In this document: positions 38,971-50,848 of the stretch, one piece after another
How the letters are laid out: every line of letters begins with the position of its first letter
Position numbering within the stretch: position 1 is the stretch's first letter
Assembly (NCBI GenBank): GCA_020536535.1
Contig: JAHLWZ010000498.1
Coordinates: forward strand, 1-64,000
Direction: 5' to 3'
Origin: Pelomyxa schiedti
Taxonomy: Eukaryota > Protista > Evosea
Length of the DNA: 64,000 bases
Made by a program: the position numbers and the translations under genes
Notes under the pieces: model-generated
Database searches by the model: none
Told to the model about the DNA's origin: nothing
Seen by the model: the letters and a program-made list of their open reading frames with translations, nothing else

Positions 38971-40210
38971 ATGGAATCCAGCATTGACCTTTGTTTCTAC
39001 GACGTAGATATGTGCTTTGGTGTCGTCGGCCCTATCGACCGTTGGCAGTTGTATTGTCATTGTTGTCTGTATTTGGTTGCGACGTCTGCATCTCGTATAC
39101 TGGAGGAGCGTTTTGTGTATGGCAATAGCGGATATATCCCTCTGTATAAGCATTGTGAACTCTTTCTCCCTTTTTTTTTTTTGCCCACAAGTTTTTCATT
39201 TACTTTCGTTTCGCTTTTCTCACCTGTTCATTGTGAAAATTTCTTACTCCTTTCTTTGCCGGTTGCAACACCAAGTTTATTGCCATTACTGCTAAATCAC
39301 AGGGTGTCGAAGACACTTGGGTTTGCACTTTTTCCGGTTAGTTCGTACTACACTTCCTTCCTCCTTTTTCCTCTTTGCTGCAATTTGCATACCCATGTAA
39401 TTTCTTTGATCACCCAGGAATTCTGAACAATATCTTTTTCCTGTCTTCACAGATATGGACAGACTTTCTGGGTCTGACTCTCCTATGGATCACTCTGAGG
39501 CGAGCTGTACCAGGCATAATCATGGAATTAGGGTGTCATACAGTAGCCTGGGGATTACCCCTAACACTCTCACTTCTGGCTCTAGTGAGGCATGATGGTT
39601 ATTGTTATGGTACATCATGGTAAACAAGCTACCTTTATCTACTAAAATCACCTTTTGGTTAAGGTGCTGGATCAACATTGGTGAATACTATGGGATGGCG
39701 TGGGGCTTATCAATGGTGTGGGAGTGGCTTGCAGTACTCTTCGCCATAATTGTATACTGTACTCTGGGAGCAATTGCTATTAGGCATAGATGGAAGGAAG
39801 GAACTTGGTCAACTGTTGCGCCAAGGGTAATTTCTTTGTCCCTCCCTTCAATACTCAACCGAAAGCATAGATAAGTATTATCAGAAGAAGAAAAGAAAAT
39901 TATGTCATACCTGCCCTGAGGCAAATTGTTCTGTACCCTTTCATCATGGTTCTCCTGGTGTATGCGCGCCCAAAATAACTGCATAATACTCAATCATCAC
40001 AGGGTAGCAGGATTGGTTGACCACGATGGAACTTGGCAGCGGTCATTTGGATCATTTGTAATGCCACTGCAAGGCTTTCTCAACTTTGTTGTGTTTGTAG
40101 TCACAGCCCAAGTTGACAAAGATAAGGATAAGCTCATACCTGCAGTCAAGTCATCACACGGTACAGCAGTCACTGAAATGGAGATGGTTGTACAGACAAA
40201 TGACAGCTGA
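38971..40210 (+). CDS. 7-TM GPCR, cAMP-receptor-like/GCR1-like
   Basis: VLCMAIADI, C..SGILNNIFFLSSQIWT, HTVAWGLP, SWCWI, LYPFI, PLQGFLNFVVF. Confidence 0.85.
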
Positions 40211-40534
40211 GCATTTGGAAGTATCACCAGTATACAGTCTGTTTATTTATCGTCTAAAAAATTTCCTGTTTTGTGCATTAAATATTGTACTAATTTTTGG
40301 TGCTGCGGTGAGTGACGCGAAGATGGTCGTTGTGCGTCCTGTTGTCAGGGGTCAAATTTGAGTGACGCGTCAGTTGACATGACAGTAGTTCCCTGCACCT
40401 GCGGCATTTAAAGTCGCTGGATCTCAGCACAAAGCAAACAAAAAAAATCCGCAATCGAGGCGGCATTCCAATACTAGTACTATAGACACTACAAGACAAT
40501 GCAAAGCCTATCGTCCGCGGCAGCAGTTCACAAG

Positions 40535-41413
40535 ATGGCAGACACAGTGGAGGCGGGAGACCCACTCACAGCCAAGATTGAGGAATGGGCACGTGATTGC
40601 AAGGAGAAGAGGTGCTGTGCAATTGGTGTGCATTCCCAACCACCTTTCACTCCTTGGGTTGGAGGTAATTGTACACCAGGAATCAACAACTACTTGCGAG
40701 AGACTCTTGTCGATCCTGATTACTACATTCAATCGGTGTGCCTCTATGTTCTTATTTTGTACCAATAAACCAAAACTCAAACGTACCCAGGGCAAAGTTC
40801 TCGAGGAACCTCCAGGTGAATGCCCAACCAACAAAGGTGCCCCGATGTTGTTCTCCAAGCGTCACTTGGCCATGAAGGGGACTGCCGGCGTCATGTGCGT
40901 TCTGTTTTCTTCTTCGTTTCTGCCTCATTGTCATAAGGTCATACAACATAATGGGCCGTGATTCAAGGAAGCTCAAGATGTATTGCATGTGGAGTGTCCC
41001 CGAGGTTTTGGGCCAAAACACTTTCAACGTGGTCATATCCGAGGTTGGTCATTCTCACTACCCATACGCAATCAAGATTACTTCTAACATCAAATACCAC
41101 GCCACGTAGCCAATGGAAGATGAACTCTCAGAAGACACGTGGCGCAAGTTGTACAAAGATGCCAAATATGCCAAAGGTAGCAAACAAACAAACACAGCAA
41201 CAACCAATAACTGATTCATCCCTCTCCCCCACTCCCACTCAACAAACAAACTTCTAATCCTTGAACAGATGATCAATTCGCACTCGAGTTTGAGCATTAC
41301 CGCTGCACATGCAAAATGGTTCGTTGTGTTTCCCATTCATAGCGGTTTGACTCCCCACACAGACAACCGACTCTCTGGCTTCACTCACTTTCAACCTCTG
41401 GTATCAATCCTAA
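40535..41413 (+). CDS. Actinoporin-like protein (cytolysin/lectin beta-sandwich fold), 7 exons
   Basis: Spliced product: KRCCAIGINNYLRETLVDPDYYIQSGKVLEEPPGECPTNKGAPMLFSKRHLAMKGTAGVMSYNI..MYCMWSVPEVLGQNTFNVVIS..WRKLYK..YRCTCKMTTDSLASLTFNL; colinear with actinoporin motifs RKIAVGVDN, YFRSG, P..VP, GAVGVLAY, FSVP, N.WNV, M..SGHAILEI. Confidence 0.8.
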
Positions 41414-41486
41414 CAACAAACAACTCGTAACGGACATTGAACCCATTGCCAATAGGCGAAAAAAAACTCTTTTTCTTACTTGCTCT

Positions 41487-41857
41487 TTATATTGAACGAA
41501 CAATACCGATAAGAATGAAGACAACAGCTAGAATAGCAGTGGACTGCCACACATCCGCAGTATCAGGAACATTGGGTTCAACGTATCTTGGGGGGCGGGG
41601 TCGGAGCACTGTATTCACAGAGACGGTACGCTGCCGTCGTTGTTGTTCCCTCTCCCTCTCCATCTGGGCCATATCCATCTCCCTTTGCATCCTCATGCGC
41701 TCTTGCAACTCAAGCTGCCTGGCAATCTGCACATCCCTGAGCATCCTCATCGTCCGTGCAACTTCCTGCTGCCTAACCCGCTCTGGGTCATATACAACCG
41801 CACGCATGCTCTCTTGTTGGCGCTGCTGCCAAGGATAGCAAGTTGTGGCCGGGGACC

Positions 41858-41888
<31 letters not shown>

Positions 41889-42194
41889 GGAAGAATAGGG
41901 GTCGCCCCAAGCACTCCCAATCTCGCCAAGTGGCTGGGGGAGGATCTGGCCGGGCGCGCGCGGCGTCGGCCTCGACTGAGGAGGAGGCAGGGGTCTGGCC
42001 GGCGTTCTGCCAAATCGAGGTGGAGCCGCCGCAGTCATCGTCGTCGTCGTAGCTAGCGTCGGCAGCGGCGGTGGGGCAGGCGCAAGCTTGGGCTGGAAGG
42101 GGAACGGCGGGATGCCAGGCAGTGGAGGAAGCCCCTCGGCGTGGACCCTGCGATAGTCACTCGTATTCAGGGGGGTCGAGGTGGGATTCGACAT
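41487..42194 (-). CDS. Pro-rich hypothetical protein with coiled segment and C-terminal TM anchor
   Basis: Single 235-aa ORF with GC-rich 5' end; ends STAILAVVFILIGIVRSI. Confidence 0.7.
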
Positions 42195-42297
42195 GGTGAT
42201 TACTCGAGGGTTTGTGTGGCGGCGGGTGCTGCGGTGTCGCCTTTTGTTTGGAGTTTTTGGTGTTGATGGGGCTTTTTTTTTTTTGGTTTGTGTTTAA

Positions 42298-42626
42298 GGT
42301 GCAACTGCATGCCGATTTTGAAATCAAGCCAAGTCGACGAGTCCTTACATTTGTGTGATCAGTGTATTTGGAACACTCATGGATGTCTCGCCTTTGGTCC
42401 GTGTGAGTGCATGGCCTCGATTGAGAACACCTCATTTCGGGAACTACACATTTCCATAGTGCCAATATAGAATGGTTGCCTAGCGAGCACTGAAGCAGAG
42501 TCCGAGCTGCTGTGCCCCTTCAAACCCACCCTCACGGTTCGGGGAGGAGACTTCAAGCAGTGACCTCGCCCAACTCAAGCCGTAACAACACAACACCCAG
42601 TGACATCCCTCCGGCAGCAACGCCCC
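42298..42626 (-). ncRNA. Candidate structured ncRNA or structured leader (about 330 nt), family unassigned
   Basis: Complementary termini, GGAUGUC/GACAUCC long-range helix, five or more tiled hairpins; G-U pairs favour the minus strand; no convincing ORF. Confidence 0.45.
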
Positions 42627-42916
42627 AAAGTAAAAAAAAAGTGGCCAAACGAAAAGTGCGTTCCACCGTGCGTGGTTGGTTATTTTTTCTCTTGATTCGG
42701 AATTCCTGGAATACGCGGTTTGCGTGATGGCCGGCCCTTCCTCTCCAGGAAGAATACAAATCACTGCAAAAATATTTACTTTCGTGTACGGATGGTTTTG
42801 CGAGATGATTTTCCTCGCATTTGGTAATTGTGGCTTGTTCTTTATTGTCAGGTGGTACACAAAATGATGGTGATGGATACCGCGAGCTAAATTGCAGAAG
42901 AGATGTTCCACAACGG

Positions 42917-45144
42917 TTACAACAAGCTCTCAAGGCCAGTGGGAACTTTGTTGCTCCACATAAAATCCAGCACTGAAGAGAGGTTCAGTGAGGTTTGTGC
43001 CCGATACCTTGGTGATATGTGAGGGATTGGTAGAGGTGGGAGTGAGCACACCAGTTGTATTTGCTGCCATTTGGATAAGTCATATCTGTGTAGTGAGAGG
43101 ATGAGGGATGATGTTGGAATCGGTTGGCCTCTTCCAACTCCGGCAATTGGGAAAATCATGGTGAGGTTGCTTGCGAACGTTGGCGGCAGCAATGCACTCA
43201 CTAATATTCACGTTGATTTGCGGTAATGGAAGTGAATGGGTCATACCAGTAAATGAATCAAAGATACTGGTGGGATTATACAAGCAGTAAGGGTCGGTTT
43301 GCGGGCACTCTGGTTCACATTGTGGGTAGTCTGGAGGCACATTAGTAAATAGAAACATGTGACTTATGGTTGCTTTACCAGAACATGACATCAGAGCGCA
43401 ACCCGCCACTGTTACGCCGTCAGGCGTTCCAGGGAGACCCGGCTTGTTAATTACAGTCACAGCAGCAACGTAAATTCCAGATTCGCTCGAGTCAGAAACA
43501 TGATACTCCACGTGACACCTTCAACGTTTCAGAATCTTGAAATTGGTGAGGTCCAAATACAGCTGAGTTCCGAATTTCGGTGAAGTGGCGTTGATATCAA
43601 TTACCCCAGACACTCCTTTTTCTGCATATATAACCTGGCAAGGAAAGGGTGTCCCCCCCATCTTGCAAGTGGTGGATTCAATTTGTTCTGAATCTCCAAT
43701 TGGTAAAGAGGAAGCGGCACTGTGCTGTCTCGAATTCAAACCAGTGGGGTTTGAAGTGTGAATGGTAAGTGAGCCAACTAAAACTATAATGAAATAAGCA
43801 CGAGTCAGGAGGAAAAAGAGACTACATTGGCGTTGGGGTCCAACATATGGCCCCAAAGAAGCAATGACAGTACCATTGGAGTATATTCCGCAACCAGTGT
43901 AATAGCCATTTGACGCAATTAGGTTGCTCTCATAAAACCATGACCACCCAGCCTACTCGAGGTAAGATTAGATTGGCACTAGAGTCACCTACTTGAGTTT
44001 CTGTAGAACTAATGAGAGGTGCAAGATCACCCATAACTTGGAGAATTAGCGAAGAAGATGAATAACGGGAGGGACATACACATGACCCATATGAAGTCTC
44101 TAACATTGAACGAAGAGTACTCGTAGCGTGTCGGCTGAGCGAAGTTGCCGTCATAACAAATCAATAATCCAAAGCGAACACCAAAATCTGTGTCAAAGAA
44201 AACAGGATCTGGGTTGACTGGTTGGTCAAACATATCCGCTTCATTTGCAAGGTGACTCTTTCGATACTTCGAAAGTAATTGTCCTGTTCTGGAAATTGCT
44301 TGAAGTGCAATTAACTAAGTCATACAAAACAGCGATTAATACTAACCAACTGCCACGTTGAATTGATAGTGCCCATCGAGAGGACAATCAGGGTCACCTT
44401 CCACACATTCCTGGGTTACATGGTTAGGATACACTACAAGATATTTAAGGTTTACCATGATTTCTCCGAGATTGAACACAATATAGGTATTGTACTGTAT
44501 GGCAGCACAGGACATCACTCGGAGTTGATAGTGGTCGTCCCCTGAGAACTCTGGGTCGGTGCATGGTACCACATAAGGGGAACCATTTTCAACATCGGGA
44601 ATTTCCTGCATTGGTGATGGGGGTAATTACTTTCTCATCTCATCAGTAATTTTGCGAGTAATACCTCGCACCATGGTTGAACTGTGGTCCTGTTCAAATC
44701 CCACGCTAGAAATCCCGTCCCACTCTCTGGGAACGCAGCTATGTCAAGGTTGGAAGCCTCAGACCCAGCAAGGTATTCCACTTTTCTTTCATTAGTTTTA
44801 ATTGTTTACATTCTATCTAAGCATCCTCCAAAAGAATTCATCAAAGGGGCACCAATCACAGCCCCTAATCCCATAATTCACTAGCAACCACTATTCATAC
44901 TCATTCCATCACTCGTACCATAAGCGTCGATGTTCTTTTTCACAATAGCAGTGCCACTCATCAGAGGGTACGTCCCAAGTGGGTAATGCAACGCCGTGCC
45001 TGCACGATAGCTTCCCACAATTTTCTTTGTGGCACTGGCACCACCTTCATAGTTGGTGTTGGCCGTGCTCCTCCCACAATTTGCAGGGACGGTGCTCAAT
45101 GCCAACACCACAAATACCAACCCAAATGCCACAGCACCAACCAT
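42917..45144 (-). CDS. Vanin/biotinidase-like carbon-nitrogen hydrolase
   Basis: Signal peptide; DIAAFPE, YQFNVAV, KYRKSHL, FDTDFGVRFGLLICYD (E-K-C triad); C-terminal vanin base-like domain. Confidence 0.9.
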
Positions 45145-45311
45145 TCACCAAATATTACACAGAACCGACTCTTCTGTTGCTTTCCTTTTTTTTTCTTTTT
45201 ACCCCAACCCCACAAAGACCTCATCGTCCAGCGGGAAAAAATGCCCCACACTACAGATCTTGAGACTTTTCATTATCCAGATTCTCCGTATCTTCGAATA
45301 AGGAGAAAGTG

Positions 45312-47182
45312 ATGAGTGGGGACGACGACAGCACTACCTCGTCGCCATTCGATCTAGGCGTACTGGACTCGGACATTGATCTCGCCAATCTGTCCGCGAC
45401 GCAGCAGTCACAGAAGAAACAAACACAACACACTCCCACAATTCCCTCCTCCCCAACAGCCCCACAAAACAACAACAACAACAACAAACAATGCCCCGGC
45501 GCCAACGCCGTTGATTCCGATGACGACGACCACGAAAGCAACGACGACAGTGAAGCCGAAGAAGACGGTCGTCGCCCGAATGTGAACACCAACGATGACG
45601 AAAACGAGGCTGAGGAGTTTTGCCCCGTGTGTGGGTCGTTGGTCCCTGCGTCGGCTCTGGGCCGTCACTTGAAAGAATCTCACAAGTCGCCGCAATCAGG
45701 GAGCTCCGCCGCGGCCGCCAAATCCGCGGCGCCGACGCTCCCGGCCGCCGGGATCGACGATCGCGGAGCAGATTCGACTGCAGTTGCTATTGCTTTGGAC
45801 ACGTCAGATAGTATTGGAATGGGAAGTTCTGTTGATAGCAGTGGTATCACCTCTGTTGTGAGTGATGGCCGGAAACGTGGCAGTTCTGGAAAAGTCAAAC
45901 TTGTGGGAAAGTCCAAGGCAATTCAATGTGATGATGGTGTTCAAGTCACAACTAACCACGCTGATAATGAGGGTAGTGGTGCTGAGCAACCACAACTTGA
46001 TGCACAGCCCGGTGCAGATTCAGTGAGCTCTTCGGACCAGGTGATACTGGCTTCATCTCCAAAAAAGACCCCTCGAGTCATTGAAAGAATTGAATTGCAT
46101 GATACAGAATCGGAGCCACCCCTTTTATTGAAAGCTCCTGCTGCACCACTGGGTGCTGATGTTCTGAACGACTCGACAGGGGAACCAAAAAGCCGGCAAA
46201 AAAGCAAAGAATCAAAGAAAAGCAAAACTAACGGCAAAGAACACAAGCATTCACACAAATCCTCGTCAAAAGATACTTCCAAGAAAAAGTCCTCCAAAGG
46301 TAAGACGAAAACTGACTCGAAGAAATCAGACAAGAAAAAGAAGGAGAGCACCAGTAAAGGCAAGGCCAACAAGAAAAAATCAGACAAGGACAAAAAACAC
46401 TCCAAAACTAAAGATAAGGACAAAAAGCACTCTAAAAGTAAAGACATCAAGAAAAAAGCTGCCAAACCCACTGAAAAATCCGAAAAAGACACAACAGCTT
46501 CCACTGGTACAGACACTCCGGAAATAGTATGTTATCAACCATCCCTCTTTTTCCCCCTACCAAAAGTACAAGGAGGTAAACGTTTTGGCAGGAACGAAAC
46601 GCACGCCAGTAGATCCAATCACCGGGCCAAAACCAACCAAAACAAGGAAAATTAGTTCCATAACATCAGGCGATTCTTCCACTCTATCAGTACCCTCCGG
46701 CATCCACACATCATCAACGAAGTCCAGTTGTACTACAGTTTCATCTACTTCAGTCTCAAGCCCACTTTTCTCCACGCCCCTACACTCTGGTTCTGTTTCC
46801 TCTGGAGCACACAAACACTTTCCGTCCCCGAGCATGATTGGCAAAGACTTACTTCTCCAATCGAGAGGGGCTTCTAATTCAACAGTCCCAGCAAACAGTC
46901 CACCCTTATTCCACACCCCAAGCCTCACCCATGGGCTCCGCAAGCAAACCACAGAAAGGTGTGCACATTCCCTCCAATACACACCAAACCACCGGTTTCA
47001 CATTGTACTTAAACACAAACAGTAGCACTGCAAAGAATTCTTCAGCCAAGAGCACACCGGCCCTAATGAAGTTTGTATCTGATTTCACTCGCAACGAACT
47101 CCAGCGGTGTTGCACATCATCTGTTAGCAACAATCCCATCAACCTCTTTGGAGGTTCCAACAAGCAACCCTGTCAATGGTAA
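45312..47182 (+). CDS. Low-complexity protein with UBZ/C2H2-like zinc finger and Lys-rich tract
   Basis: CPVCGSLVPASALGRHLKESH; K/S/D-rich region; three exons in frame. Confidence 0.7.
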
Positions 47183-47209
47183 CTAACAGTCTCCCGTCAT
47201 TACAAACAC

Positions 47210-47936
47210 AATGCAAATGGTGAATAAACGAGTCAACGAACCAGAACTACATTATTTCGCTTTCCACAGAATTCCAGCGGTGGTCCGCCTGAGGTTTTTC
47301 TCAGATACTTGTAACAGGAAAGTAAATCAAAATTCAACTTGTGATTGAGAAGAAAAAAGATTGAACAGCGAAGGGGTATTGGTGACTGTGACAGCGGTGT
47401 GTTTGAAGGAAAAGGGCAAATGGTGCGTTCATTACTGTGAGATGAATGTCTGTAGAGCACCAGAATGGTCTGAACGTGTCATTTTTTCGTCGTCGCCCTC
47501 TCTGTCCCACAAGTACGACTCCTTCCGTGCTTCCTGTTGTTGCAACAACGGCCGCCCCGGCGTTCTCGACAACAGCGGCCAAGACTCAGCAGCCCCCCCG
47601 CAGCCGCCGCCTCCGCCTCCCCCTCCCATAACGCCGTGCTGCGCCCCAGCTCCTCCCCCCCCGCGCATCAGCGGCGTCCTGTGCCCGGTCCGCAGCCTGG
47701 GCGACCTGGGGCCGTCGCCGCGCCGCTTCGTCGACTTCCTGCGGTCCGCCGGCCAGCGGGCGTGGCACGTGCTCCCCCTGCTGCGGCCGGCGCCGCCCGG
47801 CGACCCCTCGCCGTGCATGTCGTCGTCGGGCTTCGCGGCCGACGAGTCGCTGGTGTGGGGGCAGGGCGCGGCCGACAGGGTCGCGGAGGCTGGAGGTCCC
47901 GGGATCGAACCCGGCGCTGGGCATGAGGTGGTTTTC
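47210..47936 (+). CDS. 4-alpha-glucanotransferase (GH77/MalQ-like), N-terminal part, cut by assembly gap; start uncertain
   Basis: RISGVLCPVRSL.GDLGPSPRRFVDFLRSAGQRAWHVLPL..SP.MSSSGFA matches the MalQ N-terminus. Confidence 0.75.
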
Positions 47937-48036
47937 NNNNNNNNNNNNNNNNNNNNNNNNNNNNNNNNNNNNNNNNNNNNNNNNNNNNNNNNNNNNNNNN
48001 NNNNNNNNNNNNNNNNNNNNNNNNNNNNNNNNNNNN
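47937..48036. other. Assembly gap (100 N)
   Basis: Run of N. Confidence 1.
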
Positions 48037-48202
48037 GAACGCAAAATTATCTCGTGATGGGAAGACCCGGCGATGAGACCCGTGGTCAGAAATCGGGAGC
48101 AGGGAATTGCTGTAATCTCGAAGCTAATTTTGAATACTGGTGAGGACTCGAAATGGGCGCGATTTAATAAGTTCGTGGGGATTTCTTTTGGTGAGTTGGG
48201 TT

Positions 48203-49078
48203 CTAACAGTTTTCACTGTGGTATAAGAGGGACTCCACAAGCTTTGCACCAAAGAGAGAATTACAAATAGAATTCATACTAGCAGCAGGCATACCTTTGA
48301 AATGTCGAGTGACAAAATGCAGTTTTCTAATAGCAAGTTACTCTCTTTAACTGCTTGATCTGACCGAATCGCAGCAGCGAAGCACTCCTTTGAAGCAGCT
48401 TCACATAGCATTATCTCAGCGGGACTTATAACAGTAAGACTTTTACAGAAAGTAGGAGTCTTATACCTGCGTGATGCTCTACGAGCAACTGCATCTTCCG
48501 CTACTCTACTAATATCCTGTTGTAGTGCAATCATCAAAGGACTTTTATGTGGCGAGGAGGTAGCAGTAGGTGTCACTTGTGAGGGAGCAACAGGTTGAGC
48601 AGTAGTGCCACGAGAGAGGCTATCATTATTTTGGTTATTGTGAGAAGTAGTTCGATGCTGGAGGATCAACCTCTTTGGATCACATCTTAGCTGTAACATG
48701 TGCATTGACTCCTTTGTGGACGAAGAAACAGCACGATGAAACATCCCCTGAGTGGTAGAGTTCACCTTTTAGGAAAGAAGGGTGAAAATGGGGCAGTGCT
48801 GGCATCAAGTATACCGAAACTCCTCGCTTCTTAGATCTTTGCTTTGGTGGGTGAGTATCCAATACGTCTGTTGTTACTTTCGAATTGTGGAGAGCAGCAG
48901 GAGAACTTCGGCCAGTGTTGGTGTTGGTATTCGAAGATCCACAGGGAGCAAACTCAGAGGGAACTTGCACATGGACAGCAGTACGATGGCTTTTTGTACT
49001 CGTTGTAACTGGCTTTTCTTGTCTTTGGTGCAACAGGGCGTCTTTGAACTGCCGTAGTTTCTCACTGACCGGGTTCAT
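48203..49078 (-). CDS. Hypothetical protein
   Basis: Two long ORFs joined by a GT-AG intron, short terminal exon LVESLLYHSENC*. Confidence 0.55.
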
Positions 49079-49311
49079 GCTCCAAATCAGATCCGATTTA
49101 TGTCATTTTATGTTCGTCCCACAGGCACGTCTTCGTTCGGCACCAAGTGGCATCACTTCCCTGCAACGTTTAATCGTTAGCTTAGCAAAAAAAATCCCCT
49201 TCGTCTAAATACACGTTGTACAATAGATTTGGGATGTTTTGTGAAGAGGAAAGTGTGGGGTGAGAGAGTGGATGGTATGTATGAGAGAGGTGTGAGGTGA
49301 AAACAGGAATG

Positions 49312-50848
49312 TTAAGGTATGGAGGAAAAGTTGAAGTACTGCTCAGCTTCTTCCTTGGCCTCTTTTACTCTGGAATCCACATCCTCACTTGCCCAGCTTC
49401 CAAAGGCAAAGTTGAACAGGAAGGACCCGTCAGGGTTTACGACGTTGGCGTGGCTCCAGTGTACCAGGATTGGCCCTTTGGGTGTATCTATTCTGTTGGA
49501 GAATGTTGTAGTTGTTCCATCCCGAGCGCCGCTCACAATCATAGGCCACTGCTTCCAAACATACTCGCGCTCAGCTTCAGCGACCCAGGTAGCGAACCAA
49601 TTATGCTTGCCGGCCTGTTCGCGGCTGAGAGCGAGTTGTGTTGCGCATGTTTCGTTGATGTGGATGGGAATTCCGTCCTGGAGTTTAGGTTACAAAGGTG
49701 AATTGAACGCCGGCGTGCATTTACCTCATCAAGGATGATACCCATTATATCACTAGCACTGTCAATAACCACTCTCAAAAAGTCCAGAACGGCTTTTTAT
49801 GCGGTAATGTAAGTTGATAGAATCGTAATATAGTAAAGGAATTACCTTTTGGTGTTTGTGGGATAGGAGGGTGGTATGGAATTTGCAGTAGGAAATTCAC
49901 AGTCATCAAACTTGGCTTCTCTGGTCCCAGACCTCCATTCCTCCTACTCTTTCTCCTCTTCACTACTCCACGTAAAGTGGGGCTGCTAGAAGGGAAGTGC
50001 TTGTGGAGTATATTTTCCATCTGCGGCAAGCCAGCCAGAACTAAAGCGTTACCTTCAGATGAAGGGCTGGTCCAATCCACCATTTGTTGTCCACTTTCAC
50101 TTAGAGGTAAGGAGCAAGTAGAACAATGCGAAGAGCCGGTGGATGACGAGGCTGCAGAAGGTGATAAAGAGCGGCATGCACATGCACTCGAAGAAAGCGG
50201 AGTAGGAGGCGAAACCGATCCGGAATTCTGCGGAGTAATAGAACTTGAACTGGATAAATCAGGCTGAGAAGAAGAAGCCTCAGGCTTGATAGCGCGAGGA
50301 TGTGCAGTGACCACGTATTCGGTAGTCGATTCCACATCAGGTGAGGACCCGCATGGAGGCAAATCATCAGGCATGCCATTATTGTTAGTATTATTAATAA
50401 TAATGTCCCCGTTGAGGGCGTTCTGGTCGTCCATCAGTGCCGATTCGAACGCGGAGGGGTTTTTGCGTTGCTGCGGCGTTGATGTTGCCGGCGCCGGTTG
50501 AAGTCCCTGGCCTAGCTTTTGATGCCGCTGAGCCTCTTCGTGCTGAGCGACGTGGCGAAGGAGCGACGAGCTGTGGCGGAGGTAGTGGGGGTCGAGGTCG
50601 GCGCTGTCCAGCGACTTATGGGACGACGGCGACGTGATGGTGGTCGTGGTGGTGATGATCACCGGGCGCCCGTTGGAATACGAAGTTGTCGTTGTCGTGG
50701 TCGTCGTCGACGCAGTCGAGCCAGTCTTGCTGCACGTAGACGACGTCGACAGGGGAATGGTGCCTGTAGGAGAAAGTGGTGCTGACACCGGGACTGGTAT
50801 TGGTATTGGTACTACTGGTAGTAGTGCTGCTGGTACTGCTGCTTCCAT
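49312..50848 (-). CDS. PAS-domain protein with long disordered N-terminus
   Basis: Spliced C-terminus FLRVVIDSASDIMGIILDEDGIPIHINETCA..SREQ.GKHNWF..EAEREYV..FSNRIDTPKG.ILVHWS..NPDG is a PAS/PAC pattern. Confidence 0.8.

Noticed and set aside
42288-42470. 60-aa Cys-rich plus-strand ORF
   Set aside because: No recognisable domain; the base-pairing pattern is better explained by minus-strand RNA structure, although coding is not excluded.
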